Shown: positions 23,817 to 37,523 of the stretch, piece by piece
How positions within the stretch are numbered: position 1 is the first letter of the stretch
Layout: each line of letters opens with the position of its first letter
NCBI RefSeq assembly: GCF_044704955.1
Contig: NW_027254409.1
Coordinates: forward strand, 372,001-436,000
From: Pristiophorus japonicus
Taxonomy: Eukaryota
Direction of reading: 5' to 3'
DNA: 64,000 nucleotides
The notes under the pieces: model-generated
What the model saw: the letters and a program-made list of their open reading frames with translations, nothing else
The model's database searches: none
Told to the model about the DNA's origin: nothing
Program-made: the position numbers and the translations under genes

Positions 23817-26029
23817 CTACTGGACGGGCAGATTAGACTCAAAAAGCCAAACCAACCGAATAACAAGTGAGTAGAGAATTACCTTGAGAAATTCTCCTCG
23901 CAAAGTAACGAGAGATCCAACGAATCTGAGGTAGAGTCCATGCAGCCAGTAAATCCAGTTGAGGGGCGCGTCAGGACACTGTAAATAAAGACTGTAAGTT
24001 TTGGTACAAAAAGTACGTATACAGGAAAAGAGCTTCAGTGTAAATAGTCCCACATAAGTAAAAGCGGAAAAACAGCACTAGGTAAAAAGCCTTGGTTTAA
24101 AAAGTTCTGCTTAAGTAAAGATGGTAAAACAGGAACTGGGGAAAAAGCCCCAATGTATGAAATGGCAAAGGAATCTGCCAAGGCCCTTGGACGGCTGAGG
24201 TATAAACTACCAGAATAGTTTCTGAGAGATAAATCTGAAAAGCTCATGAAGATGGTTAAGGCAGGATATGATGAAGGGAAAAAGATCATTTTAAAAGCCG
24301 AAAAGATGAATAGAAAGATACCCGAAGGTGAGATGGACAGAGAAAGTGACAAAAGACCACAGGATGTAAGTATAAAAATAGATATAGATGACAGAAGGGA
24401 ATGGACAGAGGAATTTGGCCCAAATTTGTATCCCCCACTAATAGGGTTATGATTAGGACCTGAGGAAAATAAAGTAATGATTGGGGGCCAGAAGGCTCGC
24501 TTAGTAGATATTTTCCCGAAGTCCACAACAAAAACTATTATGACTTTCTTAAGTGAAGTATGGATACAAAAATAGAGCCGGCCAAACAATAAGCTTTGTT
24601 GAATGAAGAGAGATTTTTGGGATTGTCTGTCTTTGAATGAAAGTGCTTGTGTGATTTTGGACTTCGGAATATTTGAGTTGGGAGTTAATGAATTTTTCAT
24701 GTGTCTGAAAGCCTGCTTCAGAAAGTGGTAGAGCTATCTGTTGTTATGGCCCCAACTACTTTTTCAGACAGAGTTAATTTGTTTTAACCCTTTGCAGTGT
24801 TGTCCTGTATGAAGGAAGTTTTAAGAAAGTGTGAACCTAGAATTGAATTACATTTTAATTTAGAAACCCAGGTGTGGATTTATTCAGATGATATGTTATG
24901 GAGCTAGGAAATGCACAAAGGATAGGTTTGTTGAGCAAAACATAAAAAATGTGTGGTCCCGATGGTTTAAAAAAAAAATTTCGACACGCTCATTTGTCAA
25001 AAGAAAACATGTAATCATTGATTACATTTGTTTGAAAGACAATACATTTAGTCTAGGAACGAGATAAAGAATGGAGAAGGTAAATTTTAATGCCTTAAAA
25101 AAGAATCCTGCATGGGTGTCTCAAGGCTGCGTGCTTGGGAAGTACGCCCCCATATTTCTTTTTGTAAAATCATGATACGAAAGCTTCGAGCTCAGTAAAA
25201 AGATTTTTAAATAAAAGATTGGCATATTTGAGTTGGGATTTTGAGATATTTCTGGTGATTCTCCTTGATAAACATTTTGGTTGTATTGGAAAATCTTGGG
25301 TTTGGAAAGACTTTTAATAAAAGTAAACATACTGCGTCAGACGCTGAAGCTCAAAAAGATTAAATTTATGAGATACTGTATCACAAAATTGAAGTTACAA
25401 CGCAAAAGATTAGAGTTTTTGATGTTCATCTTCTAAAACAGAAGTTTGGCACGTAATTATAAAACAAGTACTTTGCATTCTGTGATCTATGAATCACTAC
25501 AAAGCATAAATGATAAGTCCGATTAAAAAACAGTATTACCATATTTGACATTTCATAATCCAACAAAAAATACAAATACTACAAAAGGGGAGCAGAAATC
25601 AGGATGGGAGCAGTGAATAGTTAATTTTGTTGTGAATATTTCAAGTACCACTGTTTAAGAAAATACACAACAAAATGAAATACATTTAACATAAAAAGTT
25701 AAATCTGATCTCATTAAAAAAAAATAAAACTATAATGTTTGAAAACAATATAGAAATACCTTCAGGGATCAGGTCAAACTCCTGGGCAAGTGGGGAGCTA
25801 TCTGCGAAAGTTAAAAGGAATTTTGAAAAAAATTAAATGTTAAAACGGCAGGCTTTAGCAGTTTAGAACAAAGGAAAATATAAGTTGAACTTGTGACTTA
25901 AGATACAGTGATTGAAGAACCACAGAAAGTGAGACATAAAGGCTTTGAAACTGGAACATTTGAGATAACGGAAAGCAACAATCAAAGCCTCAGTGCTAGA
26001 CTCTGTTCCAGTTATGGAAAAATCATTTA

Positions 26030-26300
26030 AGATAACGGAAAGCAGGATTTAAAGTAAATCCCAAAAAGGCACAAATCGGACAAGCTGTGGTACAGTACCT
26101 GGGACATGAAATATCCCAAGGAACTCGGACCATGTCCAATGACAGGAAGGAGGACATTAGGATTATGCCCCGACCAAAACCAACCTGAGGGGTTTGTAAG
26201 GTACTGGGGTTCTTTAGCTATTGCAGGAATTTTGTGCCTAACCACAGCAATTGCAGAACCAATACAGTGGCTAGTGAAAGGAAAATCCGGTTGAAATGGA
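26030..26300 (+). pseudogene. pol: RT fragment of provirus C
   Basis: AGFKVNPKKAQIGQAVVQYLGHEISQGTRTM..PRP..VLGFFSYCRNFVP; homologous to provirus B 10000-10200. Confidence 0.85.
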
Positions 26301-27241
26301 AATGGTAAGACTCTAACTAAAACCTGGAATATCCAGGATGTGTTTTATCAACGGAATATAAACGTGATCATCACCATCCTTCAGATTGTACCAGGACAAG
26401 CTACAAGGCTGCCCCGAGGTTGCCCAGAAGCATTTAACCACAGCGGAGGGTACAACAACTACGTAAGTCAGCCTCTAGAGGGCGACATCTAAGTATCAGG
26501 AGCGTTTGTCTTGAAGCCATAAGATAAGTGTGTAAAAAATGTTACCTGAATATTGTAAACCAGGGGAATTAAACTTGGGAAATTGTCTGGTAGTTAAACC
26601 TCGAACAGAAGTAATGTTGTTATTTGACAATGTGCAGCATGAAATGTTACCTGTGAGTATAAATGAATCAGCCCTATACCTGCCAGAAAAAATTAGCCAC
26701 AAGACTAAAGCGTTGTAAATACGATTGCTAGACACAATCCTGAGAATAGCTAGTGACACATCAGGAGGAAGAGAGTAACACAAGAAGCTGAGACACAAAG
26801 AAGGAAGACAGAGGAGATTTACAGCGAATGACGTATTAACTTTACAGGGACATTTCTAGTAAATGCACCAGATATACAGGCGATCCAGACACGTGTAGAT
26901 AGTTTGAGGGGAACAACGGAGGTACTAATCAGGAAACAGGCCAGGATTGGGATAGAATCTTCAGAGTTAGGATCTAAAAGATCCAAAACAAATGCTAGAG
27001 GGTGTATCCGTATTGGAAGGCCATGCACGAACAATTAAAGAGCAAAATAAGCAGGAATTGAGAGGACGATGCCGAGGACAGGAAAATAGACACATGTCAT
27101 GCCTATGGTAGATGGATGATTGGTCAGGTGAGACACAATATGGATCAGATACAAAGCGGGCGAGTTAAAGTTTCAATAAATAGCACCCAGTTGAAAGAAA
27201 TGGCACAGCACACTGGGCCATTAGATGCATGCACCATGAAA
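26300..27241 (+). pseudogene. env: env 5' half of provirus C
   Basis: GRQRR|FTANDVL cleavage site, NAPDIQAIQTRVDSL heptad, CHAYGRWMIGQVRHNMDQIQSG; homologous to env B. Confidence 0.75.
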
Positions 27242-30200
27242 CATAGAAACATAGAAAAAAGGTTGCAGGAATAGGCCATTCGCCCCTTCGAGCCTGCACC
27301 AACATTCAATAAGATAATGGCTGATCATTCACCTCAGTACCCCTTTGCTGCTTTCGCTCCATACTCCTTGATCCCTTTACCTCAAGGGCCATATCCAACT
27401 CCCGCTTGAATATATCTGATGAACTGGCATCAACAACGTTCTGTGGAAGAGAATTCCACAGGTAACAACTCTCTGAGTGAAGAAGTTTCTCCTCATCTCG
27501 GTCCTAAATGGCTTATCCCTTGTCCTTAGACTGTGACCACTTGTTCTGGACTTCCCCAACATCGGGAACGTTATTCCTGCATTCAACTTGCCCAGTCCAT
27601 GCAGAATTTTAAGTTTCTGAGGTCCCCTCTCATTCTACTAAACTCCAGTAAATACAGACGCAGTCGATCCAATCTCTCCTCATATGTCAGTCCTGCCATC
27701 CCGGAAATCAGTCTGGTGAACCTTCGCTGCACTCCCTCAATAGCAAGAACGTCCTTCCTCAGATTAGAACTAAACTGAATACAGTTTTCCAGGTGAGGCC
27801 TCACCAAGGCCCTGTACAGCTGCGGCAAGACCGCCCTGCTGCTATATTCAAATCCCCAAGGATATTGGGCCAACATGCTATTTGCCTTCTTTCTGTCTGC
27901 TGCACCTGCATGCCAATCTTCAATGACTGATGTACCATGACACCCGGATCTCGTTGCACTTCCTCTTTTCCGAATCTGTCGCCATTCAGATAATATTCTG
28001 CCTTCGTGTTTTTGCCACCAAAGTGCATAACCTCACATTTATCGTTATTACAGAAATCTGCCACGCAATTGCCCACTCACCGAACCTGTCCAAGTCACTC
28101 TGAACCCTCTTAGCATCCTCCGCACATATCACAACGCCATCCAGCAGAATGTCATCTGCAAAATTGGAAATATTATGCACAATTCTTTCATCTAATTCAT
28201 TGATGTATATTGTAAATTACTGGGGTCCCAGCACTGAGCCCTGCGGCACCCAACTAGTCACTGCCTGCCATTGTGAAAAGGATCCGTTTATCCCGACTCT
28301 GCCAACCAGTTCTCTATCCACATCAATACATTACCTCCAATGCCATGTGCATTAATTTTGCATATCAACCTCTTGTGTGGGACCTTGTCAAAAGTCTTTT
28401 GTAAGTCCCACTGCACCACATCCACTGGTTCTCCCCTGTCCGCTCGACTCGTTACATCCTCACAAAATTCTAAAAGATTTGTCAAGCATGATTTCCCTTT
28501 CATAAATCCATGCTGATTTGGACCGATCCTGATAGTGCTTTCCAAATGTGCTGCTGTTTCATCTTTAATAATTGATTCCAACATTTTCCCCACCACTGAT
28601 ATTCAGGCTAACTGGTCTATAATTACGTGTTTTCTCTCTCCCTCCTTTTTCAAAATGTGGTGTTACATTCGCTACCCTCCAGTCCATACGAACTGATCTA
28701 GACTTGATGGACTGTTAGAAAATGATCACCAATGCATCCACTATTTTTAGGGCCACTTCCTTAAGTATTCTGGGATGCAGAACATCAGGCCCAGGGCATT
28801 TATCGACCTTTAGTCCCACCAATTTTCCGAACATAATTTCCCACAAATAAGGATTTCCTTCAGTTCCTGCTTCTCACTAGCCCCTCGGTCACGTACTATT
28901 TCCAGAAGGTTATGCGTGTCTTCCTTCGTGAATGCAGAGCCAAAATATTTGTTCAACTGGTCGACCGTTTCTTTTTTCCCCATTATAAATTCACCTGAAT
29001 CTGACTGCAAGGGACCTACGTTTGCCTTCACTAATCTTTTTCTCTTCACATATCTATAGAAGTTTTTATGTTCCCAGCAAGCTTCCTCTCATACTCTATT
29101 TTCCCCCTCCGAATTAAACGCTTTGTCCTCCTCTGCTGAATTCTCAATTTCTCCCCGTCCTCAGGTTGATGCTTTTTATGACCAATTTATATGCCTCTTC
29201 CTTGGATTTAACACTATTCTTTATTTCCCTTGTTAGCTACGGTTGAGCCACCTTGCCCGTTTTATTTTTTTACTCCAGACAGGGATTTCCAATTGTTGAA
29301 GTTCATCCATGTGATTTTAAATGTTTTCCATTGCCTATCGGCCTCAACCCTTTTAAGCATCATTTCCCAGTCTATTCTAGCCAATTCATGTCTCATACCA
29401 TCGAAGTTACCTTTCCTTAAGTTCAGGACCGCAGTCTCAGAATTAATTGTTTCACTCTCCACCTTAACAAAGAATTCTACCTTATTATGGTTACTCTTCC
29501 CCAAGGGGCCTCGCACAACAAGATTGCTAATTAGTGCTTTCTCATTACACATCAACCAGTCTAGGATGGCCAGCCCTCCAGATGGTTCCTCAACATATTG
29601 GTCAAGTAAAACATCCCGTATACACTCCAGCAAATCCTCCTCCACAGTATTGCTACCAGTGTGGTTAGTCCAAACTATATGTAGATTAAAGTCGCCCAAT
29701 AAACTTCTGTACCTATATTGCACACATCCCTGCTTTCTTGTTTGATGCTGTCCCCAAACTCACTACTATTGTTTGGTGATACACAACTCCCACTAGCGTT
29801 TTCTTCCCTTTGATATTCCGCAGCTCCACCCACACAGAATCCACGCGAATGTCCTTCCTTACTATTGCGTTAATTTACTCTTCAACCAGCAATGCCACCC
29901 CACCTGCTTTTCCTTTCTGTCTATCCTTCCTGATTGGTGAATATCCCTGGATGTTGCGTTCCCAGCCTTCGTCACCCTGGAGCCATTTCTCCGTGATGCA
30001 AATTACATCATATTCATTAATTGCTGCCTGTGCAGTTAATTTGTCCACCTTATTACGAATACTCCTCGCATTGAGGCACAGTGCCTTCAGGCTTGTTATC
30101 TTACCAAACCTTGTCTCTTTATAATTTGGCTTCAATGTGGCCCTTTTTGATTTTTGCCTTGGGTTTCTCTGCCCTCCACCTTTACTTTTCAGCATCCATT

Positions 30201-30532
30201 ATACTTCCCTCTGTCTCCCTGCATAGGTTCCCATCCCACTGCCATATTCGTTTAACCCCTCCCCAACAACACAAGCAAACTCTCCCCCGTGGACATTGGT
30301 TCTGCCCAGGTGCAGAGCGTCTGGTTTGCACTGGTCCCAGCTCCCCCTGAACCGTTTCCAATGTCCCAGGAAATTGAATCACTCCATTCTGCACCACACA
30401 TTCATCTGAGCTATCCTGCGATTCCTACTCTGACGAGCAGGTGTCAGTGGCAGCTATCCTGCAATTGCTACCTTTGAGGTCCTATTTGTTAATTTAGCTC
30501 CAGGCTCCCTAAATTCAGCTCGTAATTCCTCA
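27242..30532 (-). mobile_element. Long CR1 LINE (ORF1 C-terminus, EN, RT, 3' tail), degenerate
   Basis: (CATAGAAA)n tail; LCLNARSIRNK, GDFNLH, QHGFMKGKSCLTNLLEF, LVRPHLE. Confidence 0.95.
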
Positions 30533-30730
30533 GACAGAGTGAGTCAGACTCAAACACAAACACATGAAGAGCTCTCTTAAAACAGAGAGTGAGAGGCACA
30601 GAAACATTGCATAATCCCATTTCTTTGTCAGTTGAGAATGTTATAAAGTCATCGACATGTACAGATTCAACAGAATACATTTGCGTATTACTGAGCAGAA
30701 TGGGAGGAAATCGGTTTCAATTTAAAGATT

Positions 30731-30814
30731 TACCAAGAGTGGGGTATCGAACCCACACAGCTACACACCCATTGGATTTTACGTCCAACGCCTAAACCAC
30801 TCGGCCATCCTGGT
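30731..30814 (-). tRNA. tRNA-Leu(TAA) pseudogene
   Basis: Reverse complement of ACCAGGATGGCCGAGTGG..GGAC(T)TAA..CCCCACTC(C)TGGTA with mutations. Confidence 0.8.
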
Positions 30815-30957
30815 TTTGTCAGTATTCGGATTTTGTCTCTGTGAGAATATGGGCTGCAGCTCCACTCTCACAGACAGAGGTTTTCAATGAGCATTTTCAA
30901 ATATTTACAGCAATATTGACACAGGGGCAACTCTTCTATTCTTTTTCGAGTAATGCT

Positions 30958-31152
30958 CTGGGAACTTTCACATCCACCCAAGGGTGCAGACGGAGCTTCA
31001 ATTTAACATTTCATCCGAAAGTCAACAGCTTCAACAATGCAAAATTGCCCAAGTACTGTATTTGAGTGTCAGCCAAGATTAAATGCTCAAGTCTCAGGGG
31101 AAGGACTGACACACACAACCTCCTGATTCAGCCGAGAATGCTGCCACTGAAC
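30958..31152 (-). mobile_element. Deu-domain tRNA-headed SINE (SacSINE1-like), one decayed copy per unit (also ~32228, 35548, 38870, 42115, 44762, 49390)
   Basis: Resembles the reverse complement of the Deu core GGGATCTTTTACATCCACC..GCAGACGGGGCCTCGGTTTAACGTCTCATCCGAAAG plus a tRNA head (CTCAAGTCTC..GGAGTGGGACTTGAAC). Confidence 0.65.
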
Positions 31153-31240
31153 CAAATCTCACATCCGTATTACTTTCCCCAAGTCTTTTCATAAAGTTCC
31201 AGGACATTTGAAGCAATATTCAACATTTTGAAAAAGCTCC

Positions 31241-31312
31241 ACCTTCATCAGGGCATTGAACCCCGACCTCACGAGTGACAGGAAGGGATACTTACTACGA
31301 CACTAACGAGGA
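31241..31312 (-). tRNA. tRNA-Asp(GTC) pseudogene
   Basis: Reverse complement of TCCTCGTTAGT..CCTGTCAC..GGGGTTC. Confidence 0.75.
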
Positions 31313-31991
31313 ACTGACGGTCATTTGTTTTGTCAGAGCAGGAATCGAGCTGTGAACAGAACTGGACAACATGAGAAGTCGACAGGCACATTGAGAGACA
31401 GAGACAAACCGACAAACAGGGAGAGACAGACAGCGAGATAGAGACAAAGTGAGACAGAAAGTATGAGACTGAGAAGGAGAGGCAGACTGAGTGAGAAAAA
31501 GACTCAAACACACACATATACAGAGATGCGTGTGTATGTGCTCTTTTAAGAGAGAGAGGGAAAGAGTGAGAGAAAGACAGTGACAAAGACAGTGACAAAG
31601 AGAGAGACAGAGAAAGAGTGAGTGACAGATCGAGAGATAGGCAGAGATATAAACAGAAAATGATGAAAATACTCAGCAGGTTAGAGACAGGAACTAACAG
31701 AGACAGGCAAAGAGAGAGACAGGTAGAGACATGGACAGACAGAGAGGTTGGGAATGAGAGCGACAGTCAGACAGAAAGACTGAGAGAATCCCATGGGAAC
31801 AGAACTGGACATCGTGAGAAAGAGGCAGATAAGTTGAGAAACAGGGAAACGGGGAGAGACAGACTGTGAGATAGAGACAAAGAGAAACAGAGACTTTGAG
31901 ACTGAGATGGAAGGTCAGACTGAATAACAGAATGACTCATACACGTACATATACAGAGATGTGTTTGTGTGCTCCATAAAGAGAGGGAGGC

Positions 31992-32074
31992 AAATAGTTG
32001 TGGGGTTCGAACCCGCGCAGTTATAATTCCATTGGATTTTAAGTCCAACACATTAACCACTCAGCCATCCTGGG
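31992..32074 (-). tRNA. tRNA-Leu(TAA) pseudogene, 3' end damaged
   Basis: GTGGGGTTCGAACCC..TTTTAAGTCCAA..CCATCCTGG. Confidence 0.75.
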
Positions 32075-32594
32075 CCTGGCAGAAACGGGCTTTGTCTCTG
32101 TCAGAATTTGGGCTTCAGCGCCACCCCCACAGACACACACACACACAGAGGGTTTCAGCGAGGATATTCGAACATTTTTAGTGATATTGACACGAGGACA
32201 ACTCTCCTATTCTTTTTCTAGTAATGCTCTGGGACCTTTCACATACATCCAAGGGTGCAGGCGGAGCTTCAATTTTACATTTCATCCGATGGTCAACAGC
32301 CTCAACAATGCAAAATTCCCGAAGTACTGCATTTGAGTGTCAGCCAAGATGATGCGCTCAAGTCTCAGGAGAGGGACTTACACACACGACCTTTTGAATG
32401 GAGCCACTGAAACAAAGCCGATACCAAAGATCACAAGCGTATTATTTTCCCCAAGTTTTTTAAAAAGTTCCAGGACATACCAAATTCTTGGTGATGATTT
32501 CCATAGACAGTTGCACAGACACAGAGACATACATACAGATAGACATAGACAGACACACACACACATAAAATAACCAAAAATATACAAGCATCAA

Positions 32595-33303
32595 CATAGA
32601 AACATAGAAATTAGTTGCAGGAGTAGGCCGTTGGCCCTTCGAGCCTGCACCACCATTCAATAAGATCATGGCAGATCATTCAACCTCAGTACCTATATCC
32701 TCCTTTCCCTCCATATCCCTTGAGCTGTAAGGGCCATATCTGACTCCCTCTTCAATATATCTAATGAACTGGCTTCAACAACTTTCTGCGGTAGATAATT
32801 CCACAGGTTAACCACTCTCTGAATTAAGCTCTTTCTCCTCATCTTGGTCCTCAATGGCTTACCCCTTATTCTTAGACTGTGACCCCTGGTTCTCGAACTC
32901 CCCAGCAACAGAAACATTCTTCCTGCCTCTCACTTGTCCAATCTCGTCAGAATTTTATATGTTTCTATCAGATCCCCTCTCATTCTTCTAAACTCCAATG
33001 GATACGAGCAGAGCTGATTAAGTCTATCCTCATATGTCAGTCCTGCTATCCCTGGAATCAAGCTGGTGAACCTTCGCTGTTCTCCATCAATAGCAAGGAC
33101 GTCCTTCCTCAGATTTGGAGACCAAAACTAACAAAATATTTAACGTGTGGCTTCACCAAGGCCCTGTACAACTGCAGGAAGACTTTCCTGCTCCTAAATT
33201 CAAAGCACCTAGCTATGAAGGCGAACATGCCATTTGCCTTCTTCACCGCCTGTTGCGCTTGCATGCCCACTTTCAATGAAAGATGTAGCATGACACCCAG
33301 ATC
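32595..33303 (-). mobile_element. CR1 3' stub inside array unit
   Basis: CATAGAAA tail; truncated at ..GACACCCAGATC. Confidence 0.9.
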
Positions 33304-33829
33304 AAGATGTACACAGAGTGCCTTAGACAAATAGACGGATAGACAGGCAGGGTCACTGTCGCTGCTTTGGCTGGCCTTTGCATTTGTCCGTCGAGAATGC
33401 TGCCACTGAACCAAAGCCAATGCAAAAGTTCGCAAACGTATTATTTTCTCCAAGTCTTTTGAAAAAGTTCCAGGACATACCAAATTCATGGTGATGATTT
33501 CCACAGACAGTTGCACATACACAGAGACATATATACTGATAGACAGACACAGACACACACACACACACTCACACACACACACACATAACCAAAAATATAC
33601 AGGCACCAACGGACATGCACAGATGACTTAGACATATCGAGGGATAGACAGGCTGAGTCACTACTTTGGCTGATTTTTGCATTTTTCTATCCGTATGTAT
33701 CGTGAATATTGCAGACTAATAGAAATGTGAAAAAAATGTCAGTGTTGAAAGGTGTGGGACGTTATTCCATCTATCTCAAGATCAGTTTTGCCAAAACCTG
33801 GTTAAATTGTAAAGAAAAATGCTGAGAAT

Positions 33830-33911
33830 TGTAGTCGGCAGGATTCGAACCTCCGCGCAGAAAACCCAAAATATTTCTAGTCCATCGCTTTAACCACTCG
33901 GCCACAATTAC
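33830..33911 (-). tRNA. tRNA-Ser(AGA) pseudogene
   Basis: GTAGTCGGCAGGATTCGAACC..TTTCTAGTCCATCG..ACCACTCGGCCAC; A and B boxes and anticodon retained. Confidence 0.85.
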
Positions 33912-34130
33912 TGCGTCTCTGGCACTTTAAATGTTACTCAGAAAAAACTCAGTCGTCCATCTCTGTGCAGCACACGGCAACAGAATCCTGAAAAAGTCTC
34001 CGTTTGCATAAAAACCTGGAAGAGGCAATCTCCTCTTGCTGTATTTTTACTGTTCTATATTGCTCTGGAACTTTTTAATAAAATCGAAACCAAGAAACAG
34101 AAGGAAAATTCGACATTTTGAAAAAACTGC

Positions 34131-34202
34131 TGCGACGTCGGGAAATGGAACCCGCTTCTCCCACATAACAAGCGGGGATAATCACCACTATACGGACGAG
34201 GG
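34131..34202 (-). tRNA. tRNA-Asp pseudogene
   Basis: Decayed match to tRNA-Asp(GTC). Confidence 0.7.
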
Positions 34203-35323
34203 TACGGGTTTCGTTAGAGCAGTAATCGAGCTATGAACAGAAGTCGACAGACACATTGATCGACAGAGACAAACCGACAAACAGGGATAGACAGACAGCG
34301 AGAGAGAAAGACAACGCGAGACAGAAAGGGTGAGACTGAAAAGTGAGGCAAACACAGTGAGAAAAAGACTCAAACACCTACATATACAGAGATGTGTGTG
34401 TGTGATCTATAAAGAGAGAGAGGGAAAGAGTGAGAGAAAGAAAGGGACAAGGAGAGAGACAGATAGAGAGAGAGACAGATATAAACAGAAAATGATGGAA
34501 ATGCTCAGCAAGTTAGAGGTAGCAACGACCAGCGACAGGCAAAGAGAAAGAGATCGGCAGAAACATAGACAGACAGAGATGATGAGAAAGAGTGAGACAG
34601 TCAGACAGAGGGACTGAGTGAATCCATTTCGAACAGAACTGGACACCGTGAGAAAGAGACAGACAGATTCAGAACCAGAGACAAACAGGGAAACAGGGAG
34701 AGACAGACAGTGAGATAGAGACAAAGAGAGACAGAAAGTTTGAGACTGAAAGGGAGGATCAGACTGAATGAGAAAAAGACTCAAACACATACATACACAG
34801 AGATGTATTTGCGTGCTCCAAAATGAGAGGGGGGGCAAATAGTGATGGAATGACAGAGAAAAGGACAGGGACAAAGAGAGAGAAAAAGAGGGTGACAGAT
34901 AGAGAGAAAGACAGATAGAGAGAGAGAGACATAGAGACAACACAGAAAATAATGGAAATACTTATCAGGTTAGAGACAGGGACTAACAGAGACAGGCAAA
35001 GACATGGACAGACAGAGATAATGGGAAAGAGAGAGACAGTCAGACAGAGAGTCTGAGAGAATCCCATTGCAACAGTACCAGACACCGTGAGAAAGAGACA
35101 GATTGAGAGACAGCGACAGACAGAGTGGGTCAGAGAGAGACAAAGACTCAAACACACAAACACATGCACAGCTCTCGAAAGAGAGAGAGCGGCAGAGACA
35201 TGTCACAATTTCATTTCATTATCTGCTCAGAGTGTCACATTGTTACAGAAAACTAGAGATTCAGCAGATGAAAATCGGGTATCACTGAGCAGGATGGGAA
35301 AAATATCTCTTTAATTAAGGAAT

Positions 35324-35406
35324 TACCAGGAGTGGGGTTCGAACCCACGCGGGTATAAACCCATTAGATTTTAAGTTTAACGCTTTTCCCACTCGGCCAT
35401 CCTGGC
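35324..35406 (-). tRNA. tRNA-Leu(TAA) pseudogene
   Basis: TACCAGGAGTGGGGTTCGAACCCACGCG..TTTTAAG..CCACTCGGCCATCCTGG. Confidence 0.85.
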
Positions 35407-35922
35407 CCTGATCCTGTCAGAGGTTGGACTCTGCCTCTGCGAAAATCTGGGCTTCAGCTCCAGACATATCGGATTTCAGGGAGCATTTACAAACATTTTT
35501 CGTTATATTGACACGGGCGCAACTCTCCTATTATTTTTCGACTAAGGCTCGGGGAACTTGCACATCCACCCGAGGGTGCAGATGGAGCTTCAATTTAAAA
35601 TTTCAGCTGATGGTCAACAGCTTCAAGAACGCAACATTCCCCAAGTACTGCATTTGAGTGTCAGCCAAGATTATGGGTTCAAGTCTCAGGAGTGGGACTT
35701 CCACACACAACCTCCTGATTCAGTCGAGAATGGAGCCACTGAACCAAAACCGATACCAACGTTCACAACTGTATTATTTTCCCCAAGTTTTTTAAAAAGT
35801 TCCAGGACGTACCAAATTCATGGTGATGATTTCCACAGACAGTTGGACATACACAGAGACAGACATACAGAGAGATACACAGACACAAGCACACACAATA
35901 ACCAAAAATATACACGCATCAC

Positions 35923-36640
35923 CATAGAAACATAGAAATTAGGTGCAGGAATATGCCATTCGGTCCTTCGAGCCTGCACTGCCATTCAATAACATCATGG
36001 CTGATCATTCAACCTCAGTACCCCTTTCCTGCTTCCTCTTTATACCCCTTCATCCCTTTAGACGTAAGGGCAATATCTAACTCCCTTTTGAATATATCTA
36101 ATGAACTGGCCACAACGACTTTCTGCAGTGGAAAATTTCAGAGGTTATCCACTCTCTGAGTGAAGACGTTTCTCTTCATCTCGGTTTCTAAATGGCTTAC
36201 CCCTTACTCTCAGACTGTGATCCTTGGTCTCGAACTCCCCAGCAGCGAGAACATTCTTCCAGCCTCTAAGCTGTCCAATTTCGTCGTAATTTTTCATGTC
36301 TCTTCTGGTCTCCTCTCATTCTGCTAAACTCCAGTGGATACCAGCCCAGTTCATCCAGTCTGTCCTCATATGTCAGTCCTGCCATCCCGGGAATCATGCT
36401 GGTGAACTTGCGCTGTACTCCCTCAATATCAAGGACATCCTTCCTCAGATTCGGAGACCAAAACTGAACACAGTATTCCAGGTGTGGCCTCACGGAGGCC
36501 CTGTTCAAATGCAGTAAGATCTCCCTGCTCCTATACTCAAATCCCCTAGCTATGAAGGGGAATATCCCATTTGCCTTCTTCACCATCTGCTGCACCTGCA
36601 TACCAACAATCAATGACTGATGTACCATGGCACCCAGATC
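35923..36640 (-). mobile_element. CR1 3' stub inside array unit
   Basis: Same tail and same truncation point as 32595-33303. Confidence 0.9.
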
Positions 36641-37152
36641 AAGATATACAAAGATTGCCTTAGACAAATAGATGGATAGACAGGCAGGGTCACTGTTGCA
36701 ACTTTGGCTGTCTTTTGCGTTTTTCGGTCGAGGATACTGCCACTGAACCAAAGCCGATACCAAAGTTCACAACCGTATTATTTTCCCCAAGACTTTTTAA
36801 AAAGTTTCAGCACATACCAAATTCATGGTGATGATTTGCACAGACAGTTGCACATACACAGAGACATATATACAGAACGACAGACGCAGAGACACACACA
36901 CACATAACCAAAAATATACTCGCACCAACAGACATGCCTTAGACATACAGAGGGATAGACAGGCTGAATCACTGTCGCTAATTTGGCAGATTTTTGTGTT
37001 TTTCTATCCGTATGTATCATGAATATTGCAGTTTAATAAAAATGAGAAATAGATGTCAGTGTTGAAATGTGTGGGACATTATTCCGCCTATCTCAGGATC
37101 CATTTTGCAAAAACCTGGTTAAATTTTAAATGGAATGAAAAATGCGGTGAAT

Positions 37153-37233
37153 TGTAGTCGGCAGGGTTCGAACCAATGCGCAGAAAACCCAAAGGATTTC
37201 CAGACCATCGCTGTAACCACTCAGCAAAACTAC
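37153..37233 (-). tRNA. tRNA-Ser pseudogene
   Basis: GTAGTCGGCAGGGTTCGAACC..CCATCG..AACCACTC. Confidence 0.75.
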
Positions 37234-37451
37234 TGCGTCTCTGGCACTTTAAATGTTGCTCAGAAAAAACTCAGTCATCCATCTCTGTGCAGCAGACGGC
37301 CACAAAATCCTGAAAAAGTCTCCGTTGCAAAAAATCTGGAAGAGGCAATCTCCTCTTGCTGTATTTTTATTGTTCTATATTGCTCTGGAACTTTTTAATA
37401 TGAATCTATACCAAGAAACAGAAGAACAATTCGACATTTTGAAAAAACTGC

Positions 37452-37523
37452 TTTTCCGTCAGGAAATTGAACCCGGTTCTCCCGTGTAACAGGGAAAGCA
37501 TAATTACCACTATACGAACGAGG
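37452..37523 (-). tRNA. tRNA-Asp pseudogene
   Basis: Decayed match to tRNA-Asp(GTC). Confidence 0.65.
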
